A model generated the notes under the pieces. The model had not been told where the DNA came from, searched no databases, and worked only from the letters and a program-made list of their open reading frames with translations. This document shows positions 29,837 through 47,786 of a DNA stretch of 64,000 nt, piece by piece. How positions within the stretch are numbered: the stretch's first letter is position 1; the number at the start of each line of letters is the position of its first letter. The DNA comes from the human T2T-CHM13v2.0 reference genome, Homo sapiens, in NCBI RefSeq assembly GCF_009914755.1, contig NC_060928.1; one strand, written 5' to 3'. The translations under genes were made by a program, and so were the position numbers.

Positions 29837-30557
29837 CCACCCTCCCTTTCAGAGCCCCATATCCCTTTGGGCAACAGCTCTTGACCATTAGGATCTGCTC
29901 TTGGTTCCTTACTTGAGACCAGTCAGTCATTCGCTATTATGAATGTTTCATGGGGAACCTTTTCTCTAATGATGGAATGAAAGACAAGTTATAGAATTCT
30001 AAATGTTAACAGGCAGCTTTGTCTTGGTACCACGGAGATGCTACACAATCCAGTGTGTGGCTTACTGATATCCAATTCATTCATTTGGTAAAAATCAATT
30101 ATCTTAATTAACACTCCATAAGTATTGCCAGTATCTACTAAATCTAACTTAGGTTTTATTTATGAGTTTGAATGGAAGTAATTCACCTCAACATGTCCCA
30201 GAATTTCAATTTTTCTGCATGACATCAGAGAGAGTATGATAGAATTTATTCTTTATTGCATTAAGTCTGGCAGAACATCATTGGAAAGTCATTCCTCCAG
30301 AAATATTTATTGAAGATTCTCGATATGCCAAAATTTTTATGCATGGAAGATAGGAGAAAAGCTGCATGAGGGTCTATAAAATCTTTTGAAAGTTAGTTAT
30401 TTCACTGGGAAATGAACCATGGGACCATGTTAATTAGCTCAGATGACATTCTTTAATGGTAGAGTCAGTGCTGATAAAAAGCAAAAGACTGGAAAATGTA
30501 AACACAGCATTTAAAATCTAATTCCATGTCAGTGCTTTGGGACTCCTTTTCGTTAGG

Positions 30558-31419
<862 letters not shown>

Positions 31420-32125
31420 AGACAGTTTTTTTAAAAGAAATTCATCTTCACATTGTGACTATCAATGTATCATACTAATATCTGAAAAGCTCATACAGAT
31501 TCAGAGTTCAACCACCTCACTCCCCTAACCGCACCCCCCTCCCCCCACCCGCCAAAAAAAAGAATAAAAAAAGAACAGTGGTCTCTTCTGTTAAAGAAAA
31601 GAAAAACAAACCTAGGAGAAACCAAGTTTGGAGACAACAGATGATCTGTTGCTACTGGAGGCCATCTCTTCATAAGGAAAGAGAGCATCGCCACTGCCTC
31701 GGGCTCCAGTCATGCAGGTGGCCCTATGTATAAGTCACTCAGTCTACCTGAAGCAAACTGCTCCTCCCAGAACAGTGAGAAGAGGGCCTGGTAACCAAAT
31801 TACACCTTGCTGCTTTTTCTGCTCTCACTCTTTTCTTCTGGTTCACATGAGAAGAGGGGATTCTGAATCATAAACTAGATCTAGAAGACATACTGGCTAT
31901 AGTTTTTGGTTAGTGAAACATAAACAGAAATCTATTTTGATTTGTATTCTCATTCTTAAATCAACTTTCTCAGACATATCAACACCTTTTTTTTGGCCAA
32001 AGTACAATATGGCAAATATAATTTACTATTTCTTATCAAATTAAGATTGTGATCTATCTCAAGGTCACAATTAAACATGACGTGTGCTTTTTAAAGAATA
32101 ATTTTAGTTACAAATATATAAATAA

Positions 32126-32507
<382 letters not shown>

Positions 32508-32583
32508 TCACCCCAAGCACTCATTCCCACAGCTGCTGGGAGGGTCAACGGGTTCAGTTCTGCTTCCTCCAGCCTCTCTCAGG

Positions 32584-33104
32584 TGCAAGAGAGGAAAAAT
32601 ATCTTCCATCTACCCTTGTAAGTTCTCAGCTGGGAACCCCTTCACAAAAGACAGATTAATAAGAGAAAAAGCATAGAAATTTAATTAATATAAGTTTTAC
32701 ATGGCATGGAGATGTCCATGAGAAAATGAAGACACAAAGAAAGGGTTAAACTGGGGTGTGTTTCTGCTGTTTGATGAAGAGTGGAAAGTCCTGGGGAAAT
32801 GTGACAGGACAGAATATGGGCTAAGAGCACGGGCTAAGAGTATGGGCTAAGAGGGGTAAACGGGGGGACACTTGGCAGGGCTCATTTGTTCTAATTACTC
32901 TCAATACCCCTCTGTCTTTGGAGATAAGAATGTTGTCCTCCAGGTCTAGGAAGGCACCTCTCACATGAGGGTCTTATCGCCTGCTTCAGGAAAGAAGGAC
33001 AGAGGCAGGTTGGAGAGACCTTCTTGCCATTTCTCGAATTCCTTCAGCTTAACATATTCACTATGCCAAGGTGCCATATTTTGGGGTTGCCCTGAACCCC
33101 ATCA
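32584..33104 (-). mobile_element. ERV1 solo LTR (MER34A-like)
   Basis: AAAAGACAGATTAATAAGAGAAAAAGCA..GCCAAGGTGCCATATTTTGGGG..CTGAACCCCATCA. Confidence 0.8.
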
Positions 33105-33878
33105 AAGGCATTGATTTCTAGCGCACTCTCCCATAAACTTTCTGTACCCAAATCTCAGTCTCCAAGACTGCTTTCTAAGAAAACTGTTTTGTGTCTGTGT
33201 ACATGTAAGTCAGTAAATATAAACATCAGTGAAGGGCAACGCATCACAATGCTGAAACATCTTTCAAAGAAGTAAGATTAAGGCGATGAACTTGAAAATG
33301 ATTTTGTAATTGTCTTACAAAATACACATCCATGTTATCCTTGCAATTTTGTTTTCCATGTAAAACATGTCACATGACTGAAAAGGTTCTCATTAACCTA
33401 TTAAGAACTAAAAACCACCATTGAGCTCAACCAGGTGTTCTTATTCTCATGGTCTGACATGTCTTCCTCTCCTTCCCCACTCTCCTTCTTCCCCAATAGT
33501 CTTCAGACATTCAGTTAACTATGGTATGTGCTCTTTTTCTCAAGGCCAAGTATTTCCAAGTCTCCTCTTATATGATGTCTTATATAAATAAATGTTTAAA
33601 GTATATCAATATAAAATTGAGATAATGGAAATATTTACTGTTCCTATCACTTCATCTTTTCAAAGCCAACTTTAACAGCAAACACTATTGGCCTCGCAAG
33701 GCAGGAGATCTGAAGACGGATATATTAAATAAATAATTTTGATATGTACCTTGAGCCAAGATAATAATATAAGATTGTGAACACTCGCTGGGAAAAATAA
33801 CGATCTGGTGTAGAAAATGACAGGATATTTGAGAAAATATAGGTATTTTTCTGGACAAAAGTAAACATTAATGTATTT

Positions 33879-34814
33879 ATGAGATGTTTCTCACTGAGAA
33901 GTAAACTCTGACCTTTTTTCTCTCTTGCCCATATTCCTATCTAAGGGGCCTGCGGAGTCACGACTACAAACCACGACTACAAACCAAAACATCTCATCAG
34001 GTGGGCTTTATTTCACCCTATATAATGTGGCTCACTTTCCAACCCAACACTGGCATAACATCACATGAAAGATAAAGAAAGAAATCAAAATATTTTACCC
34101 CAAAAAATATGTAGGGCTTTTCGCCATATTTTAAAATGGCCCTGCAGAGTCTTTTGTGGGGGAAATTTTTGTCCGTGAAGAATCTCTGTTAACACAACTA
34201 AATCTTCCCCTTCCAGGCCCTCCCAATCCTGAAGAGATTAATTGAGAATCTATTTCTATTTCTATTTTTTATTTTTATTTTTATGTTTGTGTTTTTTGAG
34301 ACAGGATCTCACTCTGTCACTCCACAGGCTGGAGTCCAGTGGAGGGATCTCAGCTCACTGCAACCTGTGCATCCTGGGCTCAAGCAATCAAGAGTCCAGC
34401 ACCTTTTAAAGGTTTGAAGAGGAGACATTCACCATCTATTGTATCTAAGGGCAGCCACCTATAAGATTTCATAAGAACCTCAGTGTCCACAGCCCCTTAT
34501 GTTAACCCAGACACTCCTTTCTATTGCCTCTATTATTCTATTTAGATAATAACTCTTTTAACCAATTGCCAATCAGAAAATCCTTGACTCCATCTACAAC
34601 CTGGAAGCTCCCTCTTGGAGTTGTTCTGCCTTTTCGGACTAAACCTCATGTGTATTGTATATGTCTCCCCAAAACATATAAAACCAAGCTGCAGCCCAAC
34701 CACCTTGGACACACGTTCTCAGGATCTCTTGAGGCCACGCCTCCGGCCATGGTCACTCATATTTGGCTCAAAATAAAACTCTTCAAATACAGAGTTTGGC
34801 TGTTTTTGTTGACA
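33879..34814 (+). mobile_element. ERV1 solo LTR, MER4 group, with a minus-strand Alu fragment at about 34260-34390
   Basis: TATAAAACCAAGCTG..CCACCTTGG..GGTCACTCATATTTGGCTCAAAATAAAA..GTTGACA. Confidence 0.8.
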
Positions 34815-35191
34815 CTGTAGGGATAAAAAAGCTATTACATAATATTTGACTGTACTGACTGAGTTATAATTTACAAAGGACAGAATTCAAATAAATAAGA
34901 AGGAAATTCTAGAGAGGCAGCCTTGTTGACTGACCATCTTGCTATCTGAAATGTTCAATTGTGGGAAGTGGAAATGGACTCTTTTCCTACACCATAGACG
35001 AGGCTAAGAGTAGGCAACAACCGGCCATGTACTACACGCAGATGGATGGCAGAGACAGCCAGGACCTGGATAACCTTGATACCCTAGAAAGAGACACACT
35101 ACCTGTGAAGTATATGTACCCAAAAGACAAAAATTATCTGAATCTAATCAAGGACTTGGATCTAATAACTGGTTTCAAAAAATACCAATGA

Positions 35192-35325
35192 GAGCTGGGT
35201 GCAGTAGCCCATGTCTGTAGTCTCAGCTACTCTGGAAGCTGAGGTGGGAAGATGGCTACAATCACGCCTGTGTACAGTCACTGCACTCCAGCCTGGGCAA
35301 CACAGTGAGAGCTCGTCTGGTAAAA
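35192..35325 (+). mobile_element. Alu monomer fragment within an old L1M 3' region
   Basis: GCTGGGTGCAGTAG..CACTGCACTCCAGCCTGGGCAAC. Confidence 0.8.
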
Positions 35326-35857
35326 AATACACATGTAGGTGATGAAGGAAAATGATGCCATGGGGACATAATCAACAAAATCTAGAATTGGAAATTTCTA
35401 GATGTAAATTATTAGGTTTCTTCAACAAATAGCAAGGAAAAAAGAAGACGGAGGGAAATCACAGATTAAAGAAAGGTGATACATATGAAGCCAATGTGAT
35501 ATGTGGTCCTTGTTTAGATCCCAATGCAAACAAACCAAATATAAAACAAACATTTCTGAGAATTGAGAAAATCTGCACACTCACCAGATACTGGATTATA
35601 TTAACATTATTGTCGATTTTAGGGCTATTAATAATATTGTGTTTATGTTAAAGAAAGAATCCTTATGTTTTAGAAATATATGTTGGAGTGTTTCTGGATG
35701 AAATGATATGATGTCTGGAATTTCCTTTAAATAATTTGGGAGGTGGGAGGGTGGGTGGAAAAGAAACAGATGAAATAACAGCAGACAAACGGCAGTGATT
35801 GTTGAAGGTGGGTGATGGCTGTGCAGGGTGGGTGAACTGAAGAAAATGATGGAGGTG

Positions 35858-36154
35858 ATTTTTTTTTCTTTTTTTTTTTTGAGACGGAGTCTCTCTCTGT
35901 TGCCCAGGCTGGAGTATAGTGGCCTGATCTTGGCTTACTGCAACCTCTGCCTCTGGGTTCAAGTGATTCTCCTGCCTTGGCCTCCTGAGTAGTTGGGACT
36001 ACAGGCGTGTGCCACCACGTCCAGCTAATTTTTGTATTTTTAGTAGAGACAGGGTTTCACCATGTTGGCCAAGATGAATCTCTTGACCTCATGATCTGCC
36101 CACCTCAGCCTCTCAAAGTGCTGGGATTACAGGCGTGAGCCACCGCGCCTGGCC
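35858..36154 (-). mobile_element. Alu (AluS-like)
   Basis: Reverse dimer; TSD TGA(T/C)GGAGGTGATTTT. Confidence 0.96.
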
Positions 36155-36731
36155 TGACGGAGGTGATTTTAATCCATTTAGAGGTTTATTTTGCCAAGGT
36201 TGAGGAAGCACCTGGCAAACAGAGACACAAGCCACTGTAGGATCTGTGGCACCCCCTTTTTCTGAAGAGGATTTTGAGGGCTTCAATATGAAAAGGGGAA
36301 AAGGAGGCAGGAGGGGAAAAGAAGGAAAAGGAGAGGGAGGGCTGGTCACGTTCTTTAGAATCCACATGAAAAGGAGCGGGTAGATGAACCGTCAATTCTG
36401 CATTCATCTCCTGCTCAGTACATCTGTACTCTACATAAGATAAGGTGAACTTCAGTAGAGGAAGCAACTGAATATGCATTCGTCTCAGGGTGCGCAGCGG
36501 GACAATTTCTAGGCTCCTCTCGTCCCGTACTCTTGAAGATAAACTGTTAATTTACATGGTCAGAGTGAGGGAGGCCCCTGTGGAAACATGTGGCCTTCTA
36601 TCTGTAGCTATTAGTTTAGGAGCAAAAGGAAAGGCAGGGTTTTTTGGTTTTTTCATGACTCAGTTTTCAAGCTTAACTTTTCCATTTTGGCATAGCGAAT
36701 TTGGGCTCCCAAGATTTTGTCTTCCTTTCAT
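36155..36731 (-). mobile_element. ERV1 solo LTR, MER4 group
   Basis: GGTTTATTTTGCCAAGGTTGAGGA..CAAGCTTAACTTTTCC..CCCAAGATTT..TTCCTTTCA. Confidence 0.75.
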
Positions 36732-37249
36732 AGGAGAAAAAATAATTTCTTTTCTCAATCCTTGTAAGTTCATTAGTGGGACAGATTCCTGTTAGCAGAA
36801 GACAGATTAACAAGAGAGAGAAAAAAAAGCATTTTTATTTACGTGTGTGTCTATCCCATGGGGAGAAAGCTGAGTTCAAAAGTAAGGTGGCTTAGGGCCC
36901 TGGCTTACATAGCACATCTAGCAAAGAACAATATATTCAGAAGTGACAGGACAAAGGACCAAGCAGCTCCAGGCTCCCAAAAGTGGGACAACTATGGAAA
37001 GGTAATAAAGCCTGCTCCCAGATTCCTCTGGCCCTGCTGGCGCCAGCCCCTGCACTGATAAGTGAACCACTACTTACATCTCTGTCTTCAGGCAGATAGG
37101 GGAGGCAGAAGCTTCTCCGCATTTTTTCACAGCAATTTTTATGGCCTGCCTTAGGTAAGAAAGGGCAGCTCAGACAGCCCTTTCCTGTAACTTTACTTTC
37201 CACTTGCCAAAGAAGCATATTTCGGGGTGAAATATTCTGGTGTTCTTCA
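36732..37249 (-). mobile_element. ERV1 solo LTR, MER34/MER39 group
   Basis: AAGACAGATTAACAAGAGA..GCATATTTCGGGGTGAAATATTCTGG..TTCA. Confidence 0.7.
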
Positions 37250-37569
37250 GATGTATGGGGATTCATAAGATTATTTTCTCTCCTGCTGTCTAAAATTCCA
37301 CAATGAAGAAGTTAAAAAATCTCTACTGTAATTAAAAGTAAACTGAAAAATATTACAGTTATAGTGAATTAAATAATTGAAGTTTTCATATAAAAATGCA
37401 AGTTTTTAGAATCTATGCATCTGAAGGATTTTTTTAATCTAAAAATTGAATATAAAATATGTAAATTATGTTCTTTTCTAACCTAGGATGCTACTTATTA
37501 AAAACCTAAATTATTGCTATAAAGAAAATAATAGAGATATTTTAGTTCATCTTAATTATATATTTTATA

Positions 37570-37841
37570 GTTTGGTTTTTTGTTTTTGGGTGTTTTGGTT
37601 TTTATTCATTTTATTTATTTATTTATTTATTTATTTTGAGACAGGGTCTTGCTCTGTCTAGAGTGCAGTGGTGCAATCATGGCTCTCTGCAGCCTCAACC
37701 TCCTGGGCTCAAGTGATCCTCCCACCTCGGCCCTCAAGTAGCTAGAACTACAGGTGCTCGCCACCACACCTGGCTAGTTTTTGTGTGTTTGTTTTTTTTG
37801 TTTTTTTGGTAGAGATGTGGTTTTGCCATGTTGCCCAGGCT
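37570..37841 (-). mobile_element. 5'-truncated AluJ-like element
   Basis: (TTTA)n tail and reverse right arm. Confidence 0.9.
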
Positions 37842-38539
37842 TTAATTATATATTACATAGGGACTATCAAAGACACTGTCAGTGTAAACATGCTAGAAGC
37901 CAATATAAGCCACTCCAAACAAGCAGTGTACCTACATGACAGCTTTTCAATCTAAGTCGTGAGGCTTGGTCAGAGTTGTGCCTGAAATTATTGAATTTTA
38001 TTTCATTTCTTATGCACTGTTATAGCATTAGTAAATGTATTATGCACTATTACAGCATTATAATTCTTATGAAATAAAACATACTCTGTATGATAAAACA
38101 GATGCTGAGTTCTACAGAAACTCTTCAATTTATATTACCCCAGCAAAATATCAGCAATAATGGCTAACAAGTATGGAGTACTTTCCGTAGTGTCTAATAT
38201 ATTACTGCATTACATCAGTGGAGTGGTATTATTAGTGCTTCTCTTTCTTCTCAGGCTGAGGAACCAGCAGATGAGAGGGTTCATGAAGGAACCACTAGTT
38301 CCAGAAGTGCTGGATCCTGCCTTAATCATCATTCCAAAGACTCTCCTTATGATGATAACAATTAGTTGAACTCACTTTCTAGAATCCAAAATTGCAATGG
38401 TTCTCCAAATTAATACATTGTATCATGAAGTAAATTCACCTTATTTATTACTGTTTTGCTTTCATCCACCAGTAGAGGGAGTACAAATTCACCTATAACT
38501 GAGTCCAAATCCCAAAAACAGATTTAGGGAATGACAGGA

Positions 38540-38690
38540 TCAGGCAGGAGTTTAACTCCTGTATTTTTATGCGTTAAGGAATCCGAGGTGACAGAGGTTG
38601 GGTGAGTTAATGCAGTTACATGGTTGGCCAATGGTGGGGCCAGATGAACAATTCGCACCCCCTGGCTTCCAGAACAGGCTGGTTTTACCA
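38540..38690. mobile_element. MIR fragment
   Basis: TAAGGAATCCGAGGTGACAGAGGTTGGGTGAGTT. Confidence 0.55.
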
Positions 38691-39030
38691 CCGGTGAGGC
38701 TGGTCCTTTCAGTGGATATCAGGTTTCCTTCCTAGCCCACTGGGTGGTCATGTGGAATATTTCAGAAAGCCAAGCTCAGTTTCCCTCAAGAAACGTTAGT
38801 GACCACTAGTTTAAGATAAATTTTTATTTGGCTATGGTGAAACAGCTGATCATATAATTCCCCCAAATGAACATTAATTTAGCAAATTAATATACTGCAC
38901 AAATAAGTATACAAAAGCAAAATTGAGAGCTAAATGAAGACAAAATTCCTCTCTGGGTCTTTCAAAAACACAATTTATCAGTTGAGAACTAATTGACTGT
39001 TTACAACTGGAGGTGAGAAGGGTGTATTCA

Positions 39031-39492
<462 letters not shown>

Positions 39493-40261
39493 TTATGCTC
39501 ATGCCTGGCTCTCCTTCCACTGCCTGCCGTACACTTTGCTGGGGCGGGGCTGACTCTGTCTCCTTAGGGGCAGGACTGTCTATAACACTGTCTTAAGTTC
39601 CACCTCTTCTATGCCTGGGAGGACACACCTGTTTCGTGTTCATTTGCATTCCCAACTTATCTTTCTTCTTCTCCTGGTGGCCACAGGAGGTGCTTTGTCG
39701 GCTGGCAGGTCCATTTTGGGTATTCTAATCCAGGCTTCTGACTAGGTTTGGTAGCTATTCTCATTCTCATTTTACTTCTTATTCATTCTAACTCTCATTC
39801 TACTATTTTTTACTTAGACGTAGTTTTCTTGGTAAGAAAGGCCATGGTAAGCAGACGTAGTGTGCACAGAAATATGCAGCCCTTCTGGGTGCCTGGACCC
39901 CAGTAGCACCATAGTCACCCGTAATAGCCACATAATAGCCACGCCTAGTTCTAAGAGTGAGTAGAGTTGGACCAAGTTGTGAAACTTCAAGTTTGCTTTT
40001 GTTTTTAGTCGAGGCCTAACCTAGGCTTGGCTGGGCACTTTTTTCAGGGTGCTAGTGTTGTAGAACCTCTGAGAGCAGCGAAAGGTTTATAAGATTTGGC
40101 CAAGGCCAGAGGGCGGGAGACAAAATCTCGCAATTCTGACCTGCCTTTGGACATAATTGAGGCTTTATGAGGAAGGTGGGGATGCGGGAGTGGCGATCCC
40201 ATGACCAAAGCTGCTTGCCTCCCTCGGTCCCTTGGCCAGATGAAACTTCTGGATGCCTTCA

Positions 40262-40921
<660 letters not shown>

Positions 40922-41016
40922 TCATGCCAGCAAGTGTGCACAGGGAGAGGAGAGGACAAAGAGAGAGGAAAATAAGCAAAACAGAGAGAGGAAAATAAGC
41001 AAAGCAAACACCTTAG

Positions 41017-41811
<795 letters not shown>

Positions 41812-41955
41812 CATGTCTTCATTTCTGCAACCAACACCTCCATGCTCAGGTCTTCCAGTCTTCCAGCTGTGATCTTTCTCAAAACTGACACTGGGAGTGA
41901 AGCAAGCCTTGGAAGGAGTGACAAATACACCCATCCCCTGCAGCCCCCGCAGACC

Positions 41956-43242
41956 CCATTCAGTGATCACAGCTCTCCTTCCACCACTCATTGATCACAG
42001 CTCTCCTTCCACCATTCAGTGATCACAGCTCTCCTTCCACCATTCAGTGATCACAGCTCTCCTTCCACCACTCATTGATCACAGCTCTCCTTCCACCATT
42101 CAGTGATCACAGCTCTCCTTCCACCATTCAGTGATCACAGCTCTCCTTCCACCATTCAGTGATCACAGCTCTCCTTCCACCATTCAGTGATCACAGCTCT
42201 CCTTCCACCATTCAGTGATCACAGCTCTCCTTCCACCATTCAGTGATCACAGCTCTCCTTCCACCATTCAGTGATCACAGCTCTCCTTCCACCATTCAGT
42301 GATCACAGCTCTCCTTCCACCATTCAGTGATCACAGCTCTCCTTCCACCATTCAGTGATCACAGCTCTCCTTCCACCATTCAGTGATCACAGCTCTCCTT
42401 CCCCCATTCATCGATCACAGCTCTCCTTCTTCCATTCATTGATCACAGCTCTCCTTCTCCCATTCATTGATCACAGCTCTCCTTCCCCCATTCATCGATC
42501 ACAGCTGTCCTTCCCCCATTCATCGATCACAGCTCTCCTTCCACCATTCATTGATCACAGCTCTCCTTCCACCATGCAGTGATCACAGCTCTCCTTCCCC
42601 CATTCATCGATCACAGCTCTCCTTCCACCATTCATCGATCACAGCTGTCCTTCCCCCATTCATTGATCACAGCTCTCCTTCCACCATTCAGCGATCACAG
42701 CTCTCCTTCCACCATTCAGTGATCACAGCTCTCCTTCCACCATTCAGTGATCACAGCTCTCCTTCCCCCATTCATCGATCACAGCTCTCCTTCCACCATT
42801 CAGTGATCACAGCTCTCCTTCCACCATTCATTGATCACAGCTCTCCTTCCACCATTCATTGATCACAGCTCTCCTTCCACCATTCAGTGATCACAGCTCT
42901 CCTTCCACCATTCAGTGATCACAGCTCTCATTCCACCATTCATCGATCACAGCTCTCCTTCCACCATTCAGTGATCACAGCTCTCCTTCCACCATTCAGT
43001 GATCACAGCTCTCCTTCCCCCATTCAGTGATCACAGCTCTCCTTCTCCCATTCATTGATCACAGCTCTCCTTCCACCATTCATTGATCACAGCTCTCCTT
43101 CCCCCATTCATTGATCACAGCTCTCCTTCCACCATTCATTGATCACAGCTCTCCTTCCACCGTTCATCGATTACAGTTCTCCTTCCACCATTCATTGATC
43201 ACAGCTCTCCTTCCACCATTCATTGATCACAGCTCTCCTTCC
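41956..43242. repeat. VNTR, 28-bp unit, about 46 copies
   Basis: Unit CAGTGATCACAGCTCTCCTTCCACCATT with CAGT/CATT/CATC and CCACC/CCCCC variants. Confidence 0.98.
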
Positions 43243-43635
43243 TGCTGAGCTTGGGTGTAGTCTCAGAGTCCTTCTCAACATAGCATTCCAGACAACCACC
43301 ACCAAATGTGGCTTGACACTCAAGTAACACACATTTACCATTACTGCCTGTCAATGAGAATTAGAACTGGACACCAGTTAAAGTGGTGGAGCTGAATTTT
43401 AGGGAGAAACTAAACTGCTGTAATAGGGGAAAAGAGACTTCAGCACAGAACTGAGCTCAATTTGAATACAAGGATAAGTGGGAATTTATCACTAAACAGC
43501 AGGATGGGGGCATCAGTGGGTGGACAGTCACTAAGAGGAAACATCAAGGGTAGTAGGTTCTTGAGAAACTGACTCAACAGGGTCCTTGCTGAGAGCAGGC
43601 CGGCAGGATGGGATATCAAGAGTTGGGAATTCTTT

Positions 43636-44402
<767 letters not shown>

Positions 44403-44652
44403 CTCTAAACTGACATAGCAGAATTTGTGATAAAACTGAACTCAGCAAAGATGAACACGGAAGACCACGGAGGACACCTGATGAAGAAGAGGGCTCAGAG
44501 GAGCATGGCCACAGTCCAGTTAAGGAGAAAGTCTTTGTCACGCCCCAGAGTTAGAGTACACAGCCCTCCCTAGCTAAGAAACTGTAAATAACTCTACAGC
44601 AATCCATCTGCAGCTCCAGGTAGACAACGTCACCTGCACCATCAGCCGCTTT

Positions 44653-45260
44653 TGACACCAGGCAATTCTAGGCACCTCGGCATGCTGAGTGTTTTGAGCA
44701 GAAGGAGGTTGAGAGGGTCACAGAAGCAGGTTGAGAGGGTCACAGAAGCAAGAAGGTCTCTCCAATCTTCTCCTGCCCTCCTTTCTCCTAATCCCCTTTG
44801 CCCTCTAAAGCAGGTTGTAGAATCTAGAATTCACCTCCCCTGAAGCAAGCCATCAAACTCAGGAACATCACTCTCTGAGCTCCTCACTACTCCACTGAAG
44901 ACCCTCATGTGACAGGTATTGTGTCCTATACCTGGGGCGGGGGAATGAATTCATAGACACAAAAAGAATCGGAACAAACAGGCCTAAAGGAGTTCCCCCA
45001 AGTTTATTATCATTAGATCACACTCCCTTTCATCCAGTCATGATTCTCTACAACTATCTACTTTTTTTCATCAGACTTAGCATAAAAATACACAGTTTTC
45101 CCTGGTTCTTGGGCCTTCATTCCTGAAGGCTCTTGTGACATGTGAAGCTTTCATTAAATATATTTGTTCAGGTTTTCTCCTGTTAATCTGTCCCATGTTA
45201 CGGAAGTGTCAGCCACGAACTGAATGGGTGAAAAAAAGAGATTACTTTTTCTCCTCTACA
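44653..45260 (+). mobile_element. ERV1 solo LTR (MER39-like)
   Basis: GGCATGCTGAGTGTTTTGAGC..TTTTCTCCTGTTAATCTGTC..CTCCTCTACA. Confidence 0.7.
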
Positions 45261-46064
45261 GGGCTCAAGGCTCAGAAAGGTATTTTTCAAAAAAGAACTT
45301 GAGTCGTATAGCTCTATTTCATTTTTTCCTCAGAGACTATATACACAAAATTGAACAAGCATTTTATAACTTGTTCAAGAAGGCAAAAATATAGGTCACT
45401 GAAAACATAGTCTTCTTGAATTACTTTTTTTTCCAAACTTTAATTTAATCCTTGTAATAGTCACATCAAGAAAAGCTTTTTCTATCCATTTTCTTACCAG
45501 TTGAACACTCTTTTGAAAGTGGACTTTCAGTCACACAGCTCTGTGTTTCAGCTAATAACCTACTTTGCAGCTGACATACAGGAATACAACGGCTATACAA
45601 GAAAGAAATGTTATTTTTCTTTTCTATGGAATTGGGTCCAGAAAAATGCCTGTGAGAAAGGCTTTTTGCATGGACATTTGTCCTGGCACTTTTTCCTTAT
45701 TAAAAATTTAATGGCGTGGGCCACATATTCATATTCAGATCAACTCTGGGTACTTATCCCAGTAGCTATGATAATTAAGATTTTACTTTTATGACAGTCT
45801 AGCAGAGCACAGGTTTTATATTCAATATTCTGCCACTTGACAATTCTTTAGCCAGCTTTTCCCAACTTCCCTTCTCATAAGACCCCACTCCAGATACTGA
45901 TTCAGCACGGCTGACATGCAGGCTGGAGTCCTGGTATTTACAAAGAACCAAAGAACCGCAAGTGATGTTTATAACCAGAAAGGTTTGGAAAGCACCACTC
46001 CAGGCAAATAGTCAGTTTTAGGGGTTTTAAAAGATTTTCAAAACAAAGCTAAAGATTTTAGTTC

Positions 46065-46371
46065 ATTTTTATTTTTATTTTTTCAAGACAGGGTCCGGCC
46101 CTGTCACCCAGGCTGGAGGGTGGTAGCATGATCATAGCTCACTGCAACCTCAAACTCCTGGGCTTAAGCCATCCTCTCTCCTCAGCCTCCCAAGTAGATG
46201 GGACTATAGGCGCATACCACTACGCCCAGCTAGTTTTGTTTTCAAATTTTTTGTAGAGATGGGGTCTTGCTGTGTTGCCCAGCCTGGTCTTGAACTCCTG
46301 CTCTCAAAGGATCTTCCTGCCTCAGCCTCCCAAAGTACTGGGATTGCAGGTGTGAGCCTCTGTGCCTCACC
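46065..46371 (-). mobile_element. Alu (AluJ-like)
   Basis: Reverse diverged dimer. Confidence 0.93.
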
Positions 46372-47434
46372 AAAACTCAAGACTTTTCAATACAGCACAC
46401 ACACCACAAAGGACAGCCATGACAGTCACCCTGGTGAAGAGGTGAAAGCACCTGCCAGCTGCCGCTGCCTCAGCCTGCCCCAACCCCGTGCAGCCCTGCT
46501 CCTTCTCTCATTAGAAGTGGCAAGGGAAGGCACGGCGGGGAGAGGGGTAGGGACGCTGTGAGCATCCTCAGAAACCATCGCAGTGCCTCCTGCCCAGCTG
46601 CAGTGGAACTGCTGCACTCCACCAAGGCAGCCGAGGGCTCTGAGGACCAGAACAGAATACACTTCCATATGCATTTCTTCCACAATTCTTTGAGTGAAGC
46701 ACCACCCTCTGTACAGAATCATTATAATTATTCTTGGATCACTCTTTTGTCTCTCTACAGTGGCTTTGGTAACAGCAGGGATTCCAGAAACAAGGACAAA
46801 AGCATCTGGCTTGAGCAAGGAGGCTGCTGGCAAGACTGAGGGTGGCAGAGCTAGGAGGATGAATGTGTGAGGAGTGGACAGGCGACAGGAAGAGAAGGGA
46901 AGAGAGAAGGAACAGACCGGGGAGAGCCCCTCAGTGGCCAGTAGTGAACTTTCCCCAAATCTGTCCTCCTGGCAGAACCCTCTCTCCCAGCTCCTGGAGG
47001 CGGAGCCAACCCCAGGCAGGAGGCTACAGCAAGCAGATGTCCTGGTCACTGCCTGCACCTCCCATGGTGGCTTTCACAGCTTCCTGCCAGCTCCAAGCCG
47101 ACCCTAAACCTCCGAAAAGCATCTGAGGAGGCAGCTTACATTTGGGATTAAAACACCAGTGTTACCCCTGTCAGAAAAATTTGCATTATTCGTGTGGCGA
47201 ACGAAAAATAAAATCTTAAGGCCCCCACTGATCAGACCCCCTCTTGGCCAAGGGAACTCCAGAGAAAGCCTAAAACTGAGTTCCAGGCCATCACTGGAAG
47301 GGAGGTCAGGCACGTCTCCTCATACCCGCTTTCTTTTGGAGCTTAGACACGACAACTGACCAGCATTCCTGTAAAAACAAAGATCAGGAGGCTAACAAAA
47401 CAGACTCTCTGTCGTAATAGGAAGCCAAATTCTA

Positions 47435-47786
<352 letters not shown>

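Noticed and set aside
34961-35191. 76-aa ORF with protein-like composition
   Set aside because: It has a GTG start, appears to overlap decayed L1M 3' sequence, and has no recognisable homology or splice context.
46426-47058. 210-aa minus-strand ORF in unique sequence
   Set aside because: No recognisable domain, Ser/Leu-rich antisense-like composition, and no promoter or splice support visible. PhyloCSF or ribosome profiling would be needed to revive it.
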